Below, one piece after another: positions 11,701 to 21,734 of a stretch of DNA of 64,000 bases. The stretch is from positions 54,128,001 through 54,192,000 of the forward strand of contig NC_058368.1 of NCBI RefSeq assembly GCF_018350175.1. Direction: 5' to 3'. The position numbers and the translations under genes are program-made. How positions within the stretch are numbered: the stretch's first letter is position 1; every line of letters begins with the position of its first letter. The notes under the pieces are model-generated. The model had not been told where the DNA came from. It ran no database searches and saw nothing but the letters and a program-made list of their open reading frames with translations. Origin of the DNA: Felis catus. Taxonomy: Eukaryota.

Positions 11701-12187
11701 CCCCAGAAATAAATTTCTTTTACATATTGGACCTGATTTTTTTAGCCAGTGACACCTCAGACCTGAACAGTTAGGAATTTTCATAGGGCATACCTGACTG
11801 TATAGCTTCAGTGGGAGGGAGGGGGACTTAGGAGGCCTGTAAACACTGAATTTCTAAAGACACAGCCTCCAGCATGTTAGGGAGGGGTGCTAAAAAATGA
11901 TTGGGACAGTGACAAAGATGAACTTAATGAGTTTCAGAAATTTATCTCAGATTTTAGAATCCTGAATTTTAGGAAAAAGGAATCCCTCTCTCTTCTTCTA
12001 ATGGTCTGTATATAGGATGACTCCAAGCTCCACCAATCCAGTACTCTCTACAAAACTATAATTCACTCATGTGTTAGAATTGCAGGCTAATATTAGATTC
12101 TAAGGGCTATTTACAAAATGGGGAAAATAAGTTTCAATTTCCAAAAATAAGACAATGTATAAGAAAGTGCTAGTTAAACTGAATGTT

Positions 12188-14032
12188 TTTTTTCAATATG
12201 AAATTTATTGTCAAATTGGTTTCCATACAACACCCAGTGCTCATCCCAACAGGTGCCTTCCTCAATGCCCATCACCCACCCTCCCCTCCCTCCCAGCCCC
12301 CATCAACCTTCAGTTTATTCTCAGTTTTTAAGGGTCTCTTATGGTTTGCCTCCCTCTCTCTCTGTAACTTTTTTTTCCCCCTTCCCCTCCCCCATGGTCT
12401 TCTGTTAAGTTTCTCAGGATCCACACAGGAGTGAAAACATATGGTATCTGTCTTTCTCTGTATGACTTATTTCACTTAGCATAACACTCTCCAGTTCCAT
12501 CCACGTTGCTACAAAAGGCCAGATTTCATTCTTTCTCATTGCCATGTAGTATTCCATGTGTATATAAACCACAATTTCTTTATCCATTCGTCAGTTGATG
12601 GACATTTAGGCTCTTTCCATAATTTGGCTATTGTTGAAAGTGCTGCTATAAATATTGGGGTACAAGTGCCCCTATGCATCAGCACTCCTGTATCCCTTGG
12701 GTCAATTCCTAGCAGTGCTATTGCTGGGTCATAGGGTAGATCTATTTTTAATTTTTTGAGGAACCTCCACACTGTTTTCCAGAGTGGCTGCACCAGTTTG
12801 CATTCCCACCAACAGTGCAAGAAGGTTCCCATTTCTCCACGTCCTCGCCAGCATCTATAGTCTCCTGATGTGTTCATTTTAGCCACTCTGACTGGCATGA
12901 GGTGGTATCTGAGTGTGGTTTTGGTTTGTATTTCCATGATGAGGAGCAATGTTGAGCATCTTTTCATGTGCCTGTTGGCGATCTGCATGTCTTCTTTAGA
13001 GAAGTGTCTATTCGTGTTTTCTGCCCATTTCTTCACTGGATTATTTGTTTTTCAGGTGTGGAGTTTGGTGAGTTCTTTATAGATTTTGGATACTAGCCCT
13101 TTGTCTGACATGTCTTTTACAAATATCTTTTCCCATTCCGTCGGTTGCCTTTTAGTTTTGTTGATTGTTTCCTTTGCAGTGCAGAAGCTTTTTATCTTGA
13201 TGAGGTCCCAAGAGTTCATTTTTGCTTTTAATTCCCTTGCCTTTGGAGATGTGTCAAGTAAGAAATTGCTGTGGCTGAGGTCAGAGAGGGTTTTTCCTGC
13301 TTTCTCCTCTAGGGTTTTGATGGTTTCCTGTGTCACATTCAGGTCCTTCATCCATTTTGAGTTTATTTTTGTGAATGGTGTAAGAAAATGTTCTAGTTTC
13401 ATTCTTCTGCACGTTGCTGTCCAGAATGTTCTCTCAGCACCATTTGTTAACGAGACTGTCTTTTTTCCATTGGATATTCTTTCCTGCTTTGTCAAAGATT
13501 AGCTGGCCATACTTTTGTGGGTCCAATTCTGGAGTCTCTATTCTATTCCACTGGTCTATGTGTCTGTTTTTGTGCCAATACCATGCTGTCTTGATGATGA
13601 CAGCTTTGTAGTAGAGGCTAAAGTCTGGGATTGTGATGCCTCCCGCTTTGGTTTTCTTCTTCAAAATTACTTTGGCTATTTGGGGTCTTTTGTGGTTCCA
13701 TACAAATTTTAGGATTGTTTGTTCTAGCTTTGGGAAGAATGCTGGTGCAGTTCTGATTGGGATTGTATTGAATGTGTAGATTGCTTTGGGTAGTATTGAC
13801 ATTTTAACAATATTTATTCTTCCAATCCATGAGCATGGAATGTTTTTCCATTTCTTTGTATCTTCTTCAATTTCCTTCATAAGCTTTCTATAGTTTTCAG
13901 CATACAGATCTTTTACATCTTTGGTTAGGTTTATTCTAGGTATCTTATGATTCTTGGTGCCATTGCAAATGGGATCAGTTTCTTTATTTGTCTTTCTGTT
14001 GCTTCATTATTAGTGTACAAGAATGCAGCTGA
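12188..14032 (-). mobile_element. Feline L1 (L1_Fc-like), 5'-truncated, about 1.85 kb, ORF2 disrupted
   Basis: ORFs 13434-13880, 13052-13495 and 12536-13036 are consecutive L1 ORF2 pieces ([47 protein letters not shown]). Perfect 14-bp TSD ttaaactgaatgtt at 12174-12187 and 14033-14046. Confidence 0.98.
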
Positions 14033-14229
14033 TTAAACTGAATGTTAAGATGATATAGGAATTCAGAAAAAGGTCATACCAAGGTAAGAAGGAAAAATAA
14101 GATGAGGGCAAACAAAGAAGAGAGAAGAGGGTATTCTAAATGGAGACAAGGGTAAAAAGGACAGGATTAAAATTGGGTATGAATGTGTGTGTGCATGTGT
14201 ATGTGTATATAAAGAATGAGAGAGCAAGA

Positions 14230-14600
14230 GAGAACACCAATAAGTGAAGTAGAATGCAATAAGAAGACAAGCTTAGCTAGAGAAAAGTTTTCATGGGCAG
14301 AAGTGGAAAATAATGATAGGCCTTACAGAATGTTGGTCTTCTATGGAAAGATTTGGTAGGAGTTCATCTTCATTTAGTGGGTAAATCGGAGACATTTTGG
14401 AGTGTTTTAGCAGGAGGGTAATGTAGAATTGTTTTTGAACAACTGGACTGGGGGTAGAGCCGTGTGCAGAGCAGACTGATGTTGGTAAATAATGGAAGAT
14501 GTGGAGATGGGTGTAGAGGCAACTGTAATCATTCAGAAGGAAGGAGATCAGGGTCTAGAAAAAGTGAAGCCATGGGAGAAAGCATGAAGACAAGAAGCAT
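14230..14600 (-). mobile_element. L2 fragment
   Basis: ggccttacagaatgttgg...cattttggagtgttttagcaggagggtaatg...actggactgggggtagag pattern. Confidence 0.45.
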
Positions 14601-15102
14601 TATAACTATCAGATCATGAACCTGGTATTTAGGGTGGTAAAGTTTATGGAAATCAGTATCCTCGGGGCAAAGCACAGAAAGTAGCTTAAAGAAAAATAAC
14701 AACAATTTACTAGCATGCACACCGAAACTGTGGGGAGAGTGGTATTGAGACTGTCCTTGGGGATAGTTAGAACAGGGAGCAGATCTCTGTCTCTCATTTC
14801 TACATCCTGGACTCAGTCTGTGTCCATGAGGAAGGGAACCAGGCTGCCACTAGCTAGGGAGATGGCTTTTTACTCAGTATTATACAAAATCATATAACAA
14901 TATTTTTAAAAAAATTAAATGGAAAAGTAAACAATTAGCCATAATCTTATAACCTTAGGGCAGTTATTGGAATGTTTTAGTCCTTTCCTTATCATTGTTT
15001 GTGGATTTATATTTTTTATGTGGCTATAGCTTTAAATTAGTTGTTTTCTACTTCATCAGTAACACAAGCACTTTTTTATATTGTTACATAGTCCCCACAT
15101 TT

Positions 15103-15170
15103 AACATTTAAAAATTTTTTTAATGTTTATTTATTTATTTTGAGAGAGAGAGAGAATACAAGTAGGGAGG

Positions 15171-15214
<44 letters not shown>

Positions 15215-15351
15215 AGAGACAGAATCCCAAGCGGGATCCACACTGCTAGTGTAGAACCTGACACGGGGCGCCATCTCATGAACCATGAGAACATGACCTG
15301 AGCTGAAACCAAGAGTGGGACGCTTAACTGACTGAGCCACCCAGGCGCCCC
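15103..15351 (-). mobile_element. Can-SINE with expanded (GA)n
   Basis: Full SINE body ending cccaggcgcccc. (GA)n at about 15175-15218. Confidence 0.95.
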
Positions 15352-15359
15352 TCCCATAC

Positions 15360-16250
15360 TTTTCTTTTGACAGGATAAGTAGTTGGGTACTGAGTGGTTT
15401 TTAATATTTAGCCATTTAAAATAATACTGTTATGAGTATATAGATATGGATAGGTCCTTTTTCTCTTGTATTTTAACATAGAATAAAATTCCCACAAGGA
15501 GGGGCTACCGGGTATAATAATGAATATATATATTTTTTGCTGTGTATTGGCAAACTGCTCTCCAAAGGACTGTATAATGTATGTTGCCAGCAACACTGTG
15601 TGCATATATTTTGTCAGCATTGCATTACCTAATTTTAAAGGCAATAATTAATAATTATTACTAGGCAAAAGCTATTATATAATTTTAAAGGCAATTATTA
15701 TTGGGCATAAAATTATATCTTATTGCTTTAAAATATTGCATATTTTTTGGTTACTGGTAAGGACTTGAATATTTTATTTATGTACTCATTGTATTAACTT
15801 TATAAAAAATTATTTATTTTGAGAGAGAGATAGAGATCAAGAGGAGGAGGGGCAGAGAGAAGGAGACAGAATCCCAAGGAGGCTCCGTGATGTCAGTGAT
15901 GTCAGAGCCTGATATGGGGCTTGAACTCACAAACCATGAGATCATGACCTGAGCTGAAATCAAGTGTTGGATGCTTAATCAGCTGAGCCACTCAGGTGCC
16001 CCCTCATTGTATTAACTTTTATGTTAATTGCTCATCCATATTTTTGGTCAATTAACTGCCTTGTCATTAAGTTTTTGTGTAGTTAAATCTGTTAATTATT
16101 TTCTTTTGTTGTTTCTATTATATGTTAACTGTAAGAAGCCAACACCTTCTTGAAGAATTGTTAAATGTGAGTTTCTCTTTTGGTTTTCCATGATTTGACT
16201 AGATTTATAAAAAGCAACGTACTGATCCAACAGAAAATACTTTTCTCTAT
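15360..16250 (-). mobile_element. Very old L1 (L1ME-like) relic
   Basis: Degenerate antisense L1 3' motifs (gcaaactgctctccaaagg..tgtat; ttgcatatttttggttactggtaagg..tgaatattt). Confidence 0.5.
15802..16002 (-). mobile_element. Can-SINE
   Basis: Perfect 17-bp TSD ctcattgtattaacttt at 15785-15801 and 16003-16019. Confidence 0.95.
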
Positions 16251-16454
16251 AATGTGAACTATATTTCTACATTTTTTTTGCCAAATTTTTTAACCATTAG
16301 TACTATGAAAGGTTTTTATAATAATAATCAGAACTGTCTAGAAATGTACTGGTTTGCTGTTTCTAGAGTGGGGACCATATACTGACTACTGGCCTTATTG
16401 TAGATGTCAAGTTTCAAATGGGTTGAATTTGGAAAATGTTTTAAGAATTCTTTT

Positions 16455-16566
16455 GGGGTTGCCTGCCTGGCTCAGGCAGGAGGAAATGCGACTTGATCTC
16501 AGGGTGTGAGTTTGAACCCCATATTGAGTAGAGAGATTACTTAAAAAAATTTTTAAAATTAAAACA
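16455..16566 (+). mobile_element. Short tRNA-Lys-like Can-SINE
   Basis: ggggttgcctgcctggctcag...gagagattacttaaaaaaa. Confidence 0.85.
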
Positions 16567-16784
16567 AGATTTTGAAAGACCTCTTTCAAATCTGAAGTTC
16601 AGGAAAAAGGTGAGTTTAGAAGGGAACTTAAATGTGTCTATTTTTTATTTATGGGAGATTTCTTAAGAAGAATAAACTTTTCATTGCTGTTCAAATGAGT
16701 AACAGCAGAGAATTGTGATGGAAGGTAATTTGAAAAAACCCCACTAAACAAATGATTTCTTTTATTAGAAAGCAGTTTTCTTCT

Positions 16785-16994
16785 GGGGCACCCGAGTGGC
16801 TCAGTCAGCTGAGTGCCCAACTCTTGATCTTGGCTCAGGTCATGATCTCACAGTTTTATAGGTTTGAGGCACGCATCGGGTTCTACATTGGTGGCACGGT
16901 GCCTGCTTGAGACTCTCCCTCTCTCTCTGCTCCTCCCCCACTCACACTCTATCTCAAAATGAATAAATAAACTTAAAAAAATGATAAAAAAAAA
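16785..16994 (+). mobile_element. Can-SINE
   Basis: Head, (CT)n, aataaa and poly-A. Imperfect TSD agaaagcagttttctt / agagagcaatcttctt. Confidence 0.92.
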
Positions 16995-17479
16995 AGAGAG
17001 CAATCTTCTTTCAAAAGGAAGTTATCTACCTGCAGTCACAAATTAAACTTCCTACACTTGATTTGATGTTAGTCTTTATAAGAAACTCTCTTTGAAATGC
17101 TCATCATTAGCCCCTATTGCTTGATCTGCCACAGGGAAGAGGTTAATGATGTATCTTTTGGGCATTTAGAGAGAAAGCTTCTTTGGTCCTCTAATGAATT
17201 CTTTCTCTTAGGTACAAACCTCTCGTCAGCAGCAAATAATACTCAACTGTCTATGATCTGAAGCAGTTGCTGATAGAATTTTGTTTCAACCACTTTAAAT
17301 TCCATGTTTAGTGTGTTTCCTTCGTGGCTGTGTTTCCGGTATCTGGAAGCAGGATGGGGCAAAGATAAGATAATTTACTTATTGGAGACCTCTATGATGT
17401 GAGAAGCACCAATTATCTCTATTTACCAACAAAAACCCCTGCAAGTACTGAACTTTGTTATCAATAGCAGAATAATTTA

Positions 17480-17672
17480 GTTTATTGAACAAACACTTGT
17501 GTAGTGTTATTATGTGCTAGATAAATTACAATCTGACGACCTGAGTATTCTTTGTTATTCCGATTTTAAGATGAGAGAGGTGAGGCTCAGAGAAGTTAGG
17601 AAACTAGCACAAGTCACACAGCTGGTAAGTGGCAGAGCCAGGATTCAAAGACAGGCAGTCTGGTTCTGGAGA
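17480..17672 (-). mobile_element. MIR
   Basis: gaggctcagagaagttagg..actagcacaagtcacacagctggtaagtggcagagccaggattcaaa..caggcagtctgg is the antisense MIR core. Confidence 0.88.
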
Positions 17673-20106
17673 ACTATTATTGTTCACCAATCAATAAGGC
17701 TAGAACCAGGAACAAGATCTCCTGTCTTGTGATTTAGTCCTCTTTGCAGTAAACTAGGTAAGTGCACATTCAAAGCCAGATCCACATTTCTGTCTAATGA
17801 ACCTCCTTCACCAAGTTTTCACCAAGCATTCTTGCTAATCAGGCTCCTTGCACTTGATCTGCTGCTGGTCTTTATAAATGACTCTACCACAAAAGGGAAA
17901 CAAAATCAATTCCCTTCTATAAGGAGCTGAGCCACTGAAAAGTACTGAACATTTTTGCTGGAAGTTATACTCTTTGAAGATATAGGTGTTAAAGAAGGAT
18001 TTCCTGCTTGGCTGCTTCAAAGAGATAAAAAAGGAAACTAAACACAAATATGGTCAAGCTAAAAACGACCAGAAGATGCCCATGCTTTCTCCTACAGGCA
18101 ACTTGAAAGACCACACCAACTCTATTCTCATCAATGCACTTGTTCACAAATAACACGAGGGCAAGGTTAATTAACCCCTGGAGAAGCAAGAGAGTTTAAG
18201 AAGAGTTCTTAACAGTCCATTATTTAATAGACTATGCAAGAGGGTTTCGATTATCAGCACAGTGATTTTTGCCACCTCTCCTTGAATCTGGATTCAATTG
18301 CTGCAACTACAAATTCTCAACCAGCTTTGCTACGAATATTTATAAGAGAGGGAGCCATGAGTTTATGAATATTACCTTCGATTTGTATTCCATTGGATTC
18401 CTCACTTCTTAAATGGAATGCAAATCTTAAAGCATTATGCTAAAATGTATCATCAGTTCAGGTTTCTTTGAAATATCTAATTCTTAGTTTTTCTGATATA
18501 AAAAAAATAGAAAACAGAATACTGCTTAAAATGTCAACGTTCATAACATTCTGAGCTATCAGTATTGTTATTCATATACCCTCTTCTCACAGTAAAAGCC
18601 TTACTTTTTTTGTGTAATGAACTCAAGCATTGCTTTAACCAGAACTTTGAACTGCTTGCTTAGGAGAACTGCAACATATGGTTTTCCTCTTCCACTTTTT
18701 AATATTTTGGTCTCCGGTGAATCCGCATACAAAAGCTTCCTTCCTTTAGCTGGAGTCCACAAATGAAAGGCTTTTCTTTTTCTGATTGTAGATTAGCCTG
18801 CCAAGAAACAAACACGAGCTGGAGAACATCACTTTAATTTATTGATGGGATACAGATGACAAGAAAGTCTGTCCTCTTGTAGGCTTTTGGGAACGCTTCA
18901 AGCTGACCCAGCACAGCCGAGTTCATACGGCAAAGACAGACTTTGCCAAAAACCAAAGCCAATAGTCATTGCAAACCTCTGAACCAAAACATTCCTTTAG
19001 TGCTTGAATTTCCCTATAATTTGTGTAGATTCCCTTTTTGTCAATGAAGCTAGCAGTGGATAACTAGCTTAGTGCAATCAGACAAAACAACCGTGCCATT
19101 CATTCAGTAATTAGATGAGAGCCGGACTGCATGCTTTATGGTTTCCGCTCTTCATTCTTTCCTTTCTTTTCAAGTCCTTGGAGACAAACTCTGGGATGTT
19201 TGGCAGAGCGAGGCCCTTGTTGAAAATATCCTGTCTTTTTTACTTCAGGGTTGCTAATAAGTTCTATTCTCAGAGGCAAAACATTAGATGCACAAGCAGG
19301 GAGGTTCAGCCAAGTTAAAAAAAAGTTTGGTGCTTATGTGTGTTACCTTTTGCCTCACTTCACCGTTTTGCCTCACTCAAGACCGAAGAAGGGGGAATTC
19401 TTTCTTATATCTAACGGCACGTAAATGAATTTGATACTTAAGCTAAATGCTTATAGCAGATCTTACATACGTTACCTTTTAAACTTTCAAACATGAACCT
19501 TGCATGAGAAGTGAAGCAGAGACAGGGAGATGGGGAAAAAGAAAAGGACAGCAGATCTGTGTGATTAGTTTAGCTGCTTTGAGGAGCACGTAGCTCATTC
19601 AATTTCCGAGAGGCACCTTGGGCTGATTGTGCTAATACCGTTCCCTCTTTCTTAAAAAATTTTTTTTTTTTTTTTTTAGTTTCCTAAACCACTAAAAGGG
19701 AAGGGAGGAAAAGCTTCTACCAGAAAATAGGAACAGCACTTCAGGTTTTGTTGCCTTGGCTTCTGTGATGATGTAGTGCTGTCAACATCCACAGAACAGG
19801 TGATGTTGGCTGCCTTCCCTGAAGGTCATCTGGCCATGGTAGTCAGGGGGCTTGGTTGTAAGAGATACCTCTTGAGTTACTTAAGGCAAAAGAGGGACAT
19901 TTTTGGCTGCTGTACCTAAATTATAGGCATGACAAGAGTAGGTGTCTTTATGGTGACTGGAATCACGGACCTAGGGCCTGTCTTTTTCCTGTGGCCACCT
20001 CCCTACCCCACCCCCCTGCCCCCCGATGTGCTTCTCTTTTGGCTTGATCTTTTTAAATTTTCTTTTCTTTCTTCTGGGCTACCTGGAACCACAGCTAGAA
20101 ATATGG

Positions 20107-20420
20107 TGTTAAAAATAAACTGAAGCATATTAAAAGTTTTAAGAGTTTATTGGAGCCAAAGTTGATTCGAAATGGATAGTGCCAAACTAGAGGTCGTTGA
20201 AGTGTTCCTCCAACAAGAGCTTGGTAGAGGGACTTTTATAGGGAGAAGGTGGAAGCACAGTAAGGGAATCATTGATTGGTTCTAGCTTAAAGCCTAATTG
20301 GCTCATTGTGATTGGTTTTCTTTAAGTTTCAGTTGGTAACCTTGAGGCATTTACAGATTTAGGTTTTTGTTTGTTTGTGTAGGCAGCTGCAGTATTAATG
20401 GCACCTCAGTCTCATGGCCT
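20107..20420 (-). mobile_element. ERV1-class LTR fragment (family uncertain)
   Basis: Starts tgttaaaaataaa. The minus strand has aataaa (tttatt on +), tataaaa (ttttata on +) and repeated CCAAT boxes (attgg x3 on +), in LTR order. Confidence 0.6.
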
Positions 20421-20525
20421 TGAAGGGGAGCAGAGTATGACACCCAAAATATGCCTCTTTGGCATGAGGATTATCTTGAGCTGATTACTTGGGAATGCCA
20501 TAAGTTGAGATTCTCCCCTGAAAAT
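20421..20525 (+). mobile_element. MER34-like ERV1 LTR 5' fragment
   Basis: tgaagg..cagagtatgacacccaaaatatgcctctttggcatgaggattat.ttgagctga matches the remembered MER34 start. Confidence 0.7.
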
Positions 20526-20858
20526 ACAGTAGAAGCGAATTTACCAAATGGAAATGTACCAAGTATATCTTAGTGGTAACATTAGGGAGGGGGAGAGGGC
20601 AGTCAAAGGAAATAAATGGTGTTTATAGTCATTGGTTTGACGTAGGAGCACAAGGGAATTTTGTAATTGCATCAAGTGTAAACTTCCCTTCCACTCTAAG
20701 AAACATTTGAGGATTTTTTTCTAAGCATTACAAAATAGTACATTGCCGTTAAACAAAAATCTAAGTTTTCTCATTATTCAAGAAAACAAGTTGGTCTGAA
20801 GGTGCGCTGTAGTGTGTAAGGTGCAAAAGGGAGTATGAGACTGTCAATTTGCTCGTGA

Positions 20859-21063
20859 GAGGGGATCAGCAAACTTTTTCTGTAAGTGGCTATATAAGAA
20901 ATATTTTTTTGCTTTGCAAGGCATAGTCTTTACTTCAACTGTGCAACTCTGTTAACACTGAGGGGGAAAAGCAGCCATAGACAATAGGAAAATGAAGGAG
21001 AGTGGCCATGTTCCAACTTTATTTACAAGTAGAAAATATGCTCAATAGCATTTTGTTGACCTG
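20859..21063 (+). mobile_element. MER58A-like hAT-Charlie MITE
   Basis: ggggatcagcaaactttttctgtaa...aaatatttt..gctttgc...aaagcagccatagacaata...tgttccaa..ctttatttacaa...tttgttgacctg. Degenerate terminal inverted repeats. Confidence 0.85.
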
Positions 21064-21734
21064 ACATACATAATATATGCCTAAGAGATGTATAAATTGA
21101 AATATTAAATAAATCCTATGCATTACTAGCATTACTAACACTAGTGACCTAAGGGTAGATTTATAGAAACAGCTTGATCAGAAGATTGGTTATTAAATAT
21201 AAATATGTTTAAAATGGTATTTCTTGGGTAAAACATAACTACAGTTAAACTATTTTCATTATTGAAAAGTGCTTGCAGATTCACCATTTATTTTATAATG
21301 TTAAAAAGTTCTTCAAAAATGAACATAGCATTGATTGAAATTCAAATCTGATCTAACCCCTTGGGATAAAATGTGTTTTTCACAGGATGGGCATACCTAA
21401 CTTTTTATCTGTTTTACTTCTGGGACAAAATGGTTACTGGCCATATATGTTGTAAGCAAATTTATTCCTTTATTTGTAATGCTTGCAGTCATATGAGCAT
21501 GCCATTATTACTTGACATTTGAAATATGTCTCAATTGAAACATGAAACCTTTTATGAACTGAAAAACTTGGAAATCCTTCAGGCAGAGGATTATATTTAT
21601 GATATAACTTTCAGTATTTCCATTATATACCTTTATTTTTAAGCATTTAATAGGTAGCTATAAAAAATCACTTTGGGACCAATTTGATGTGTTTCCTAAA
21701 TGTGATGATTATACCGAATAAGAAAATGCATTTT

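Noticed and set aside
12536..13880. 147-166 aa ORFs (and the 207-aa ORF at 22356-22979) as host genes
   Set aside because: They are L1 ORF2 fragments inside TSD-bounded, 5'-truncated insertions, with stops and frameshifts. The + strand ORFs over them are antisense shadows.
17987..18153. ~55-codon + strand open frame (VLKKDFLLGCFKEIKKETKHKYGQ...)
   Set aside because: Short, weak acceptor, and unrecognised; chance level.
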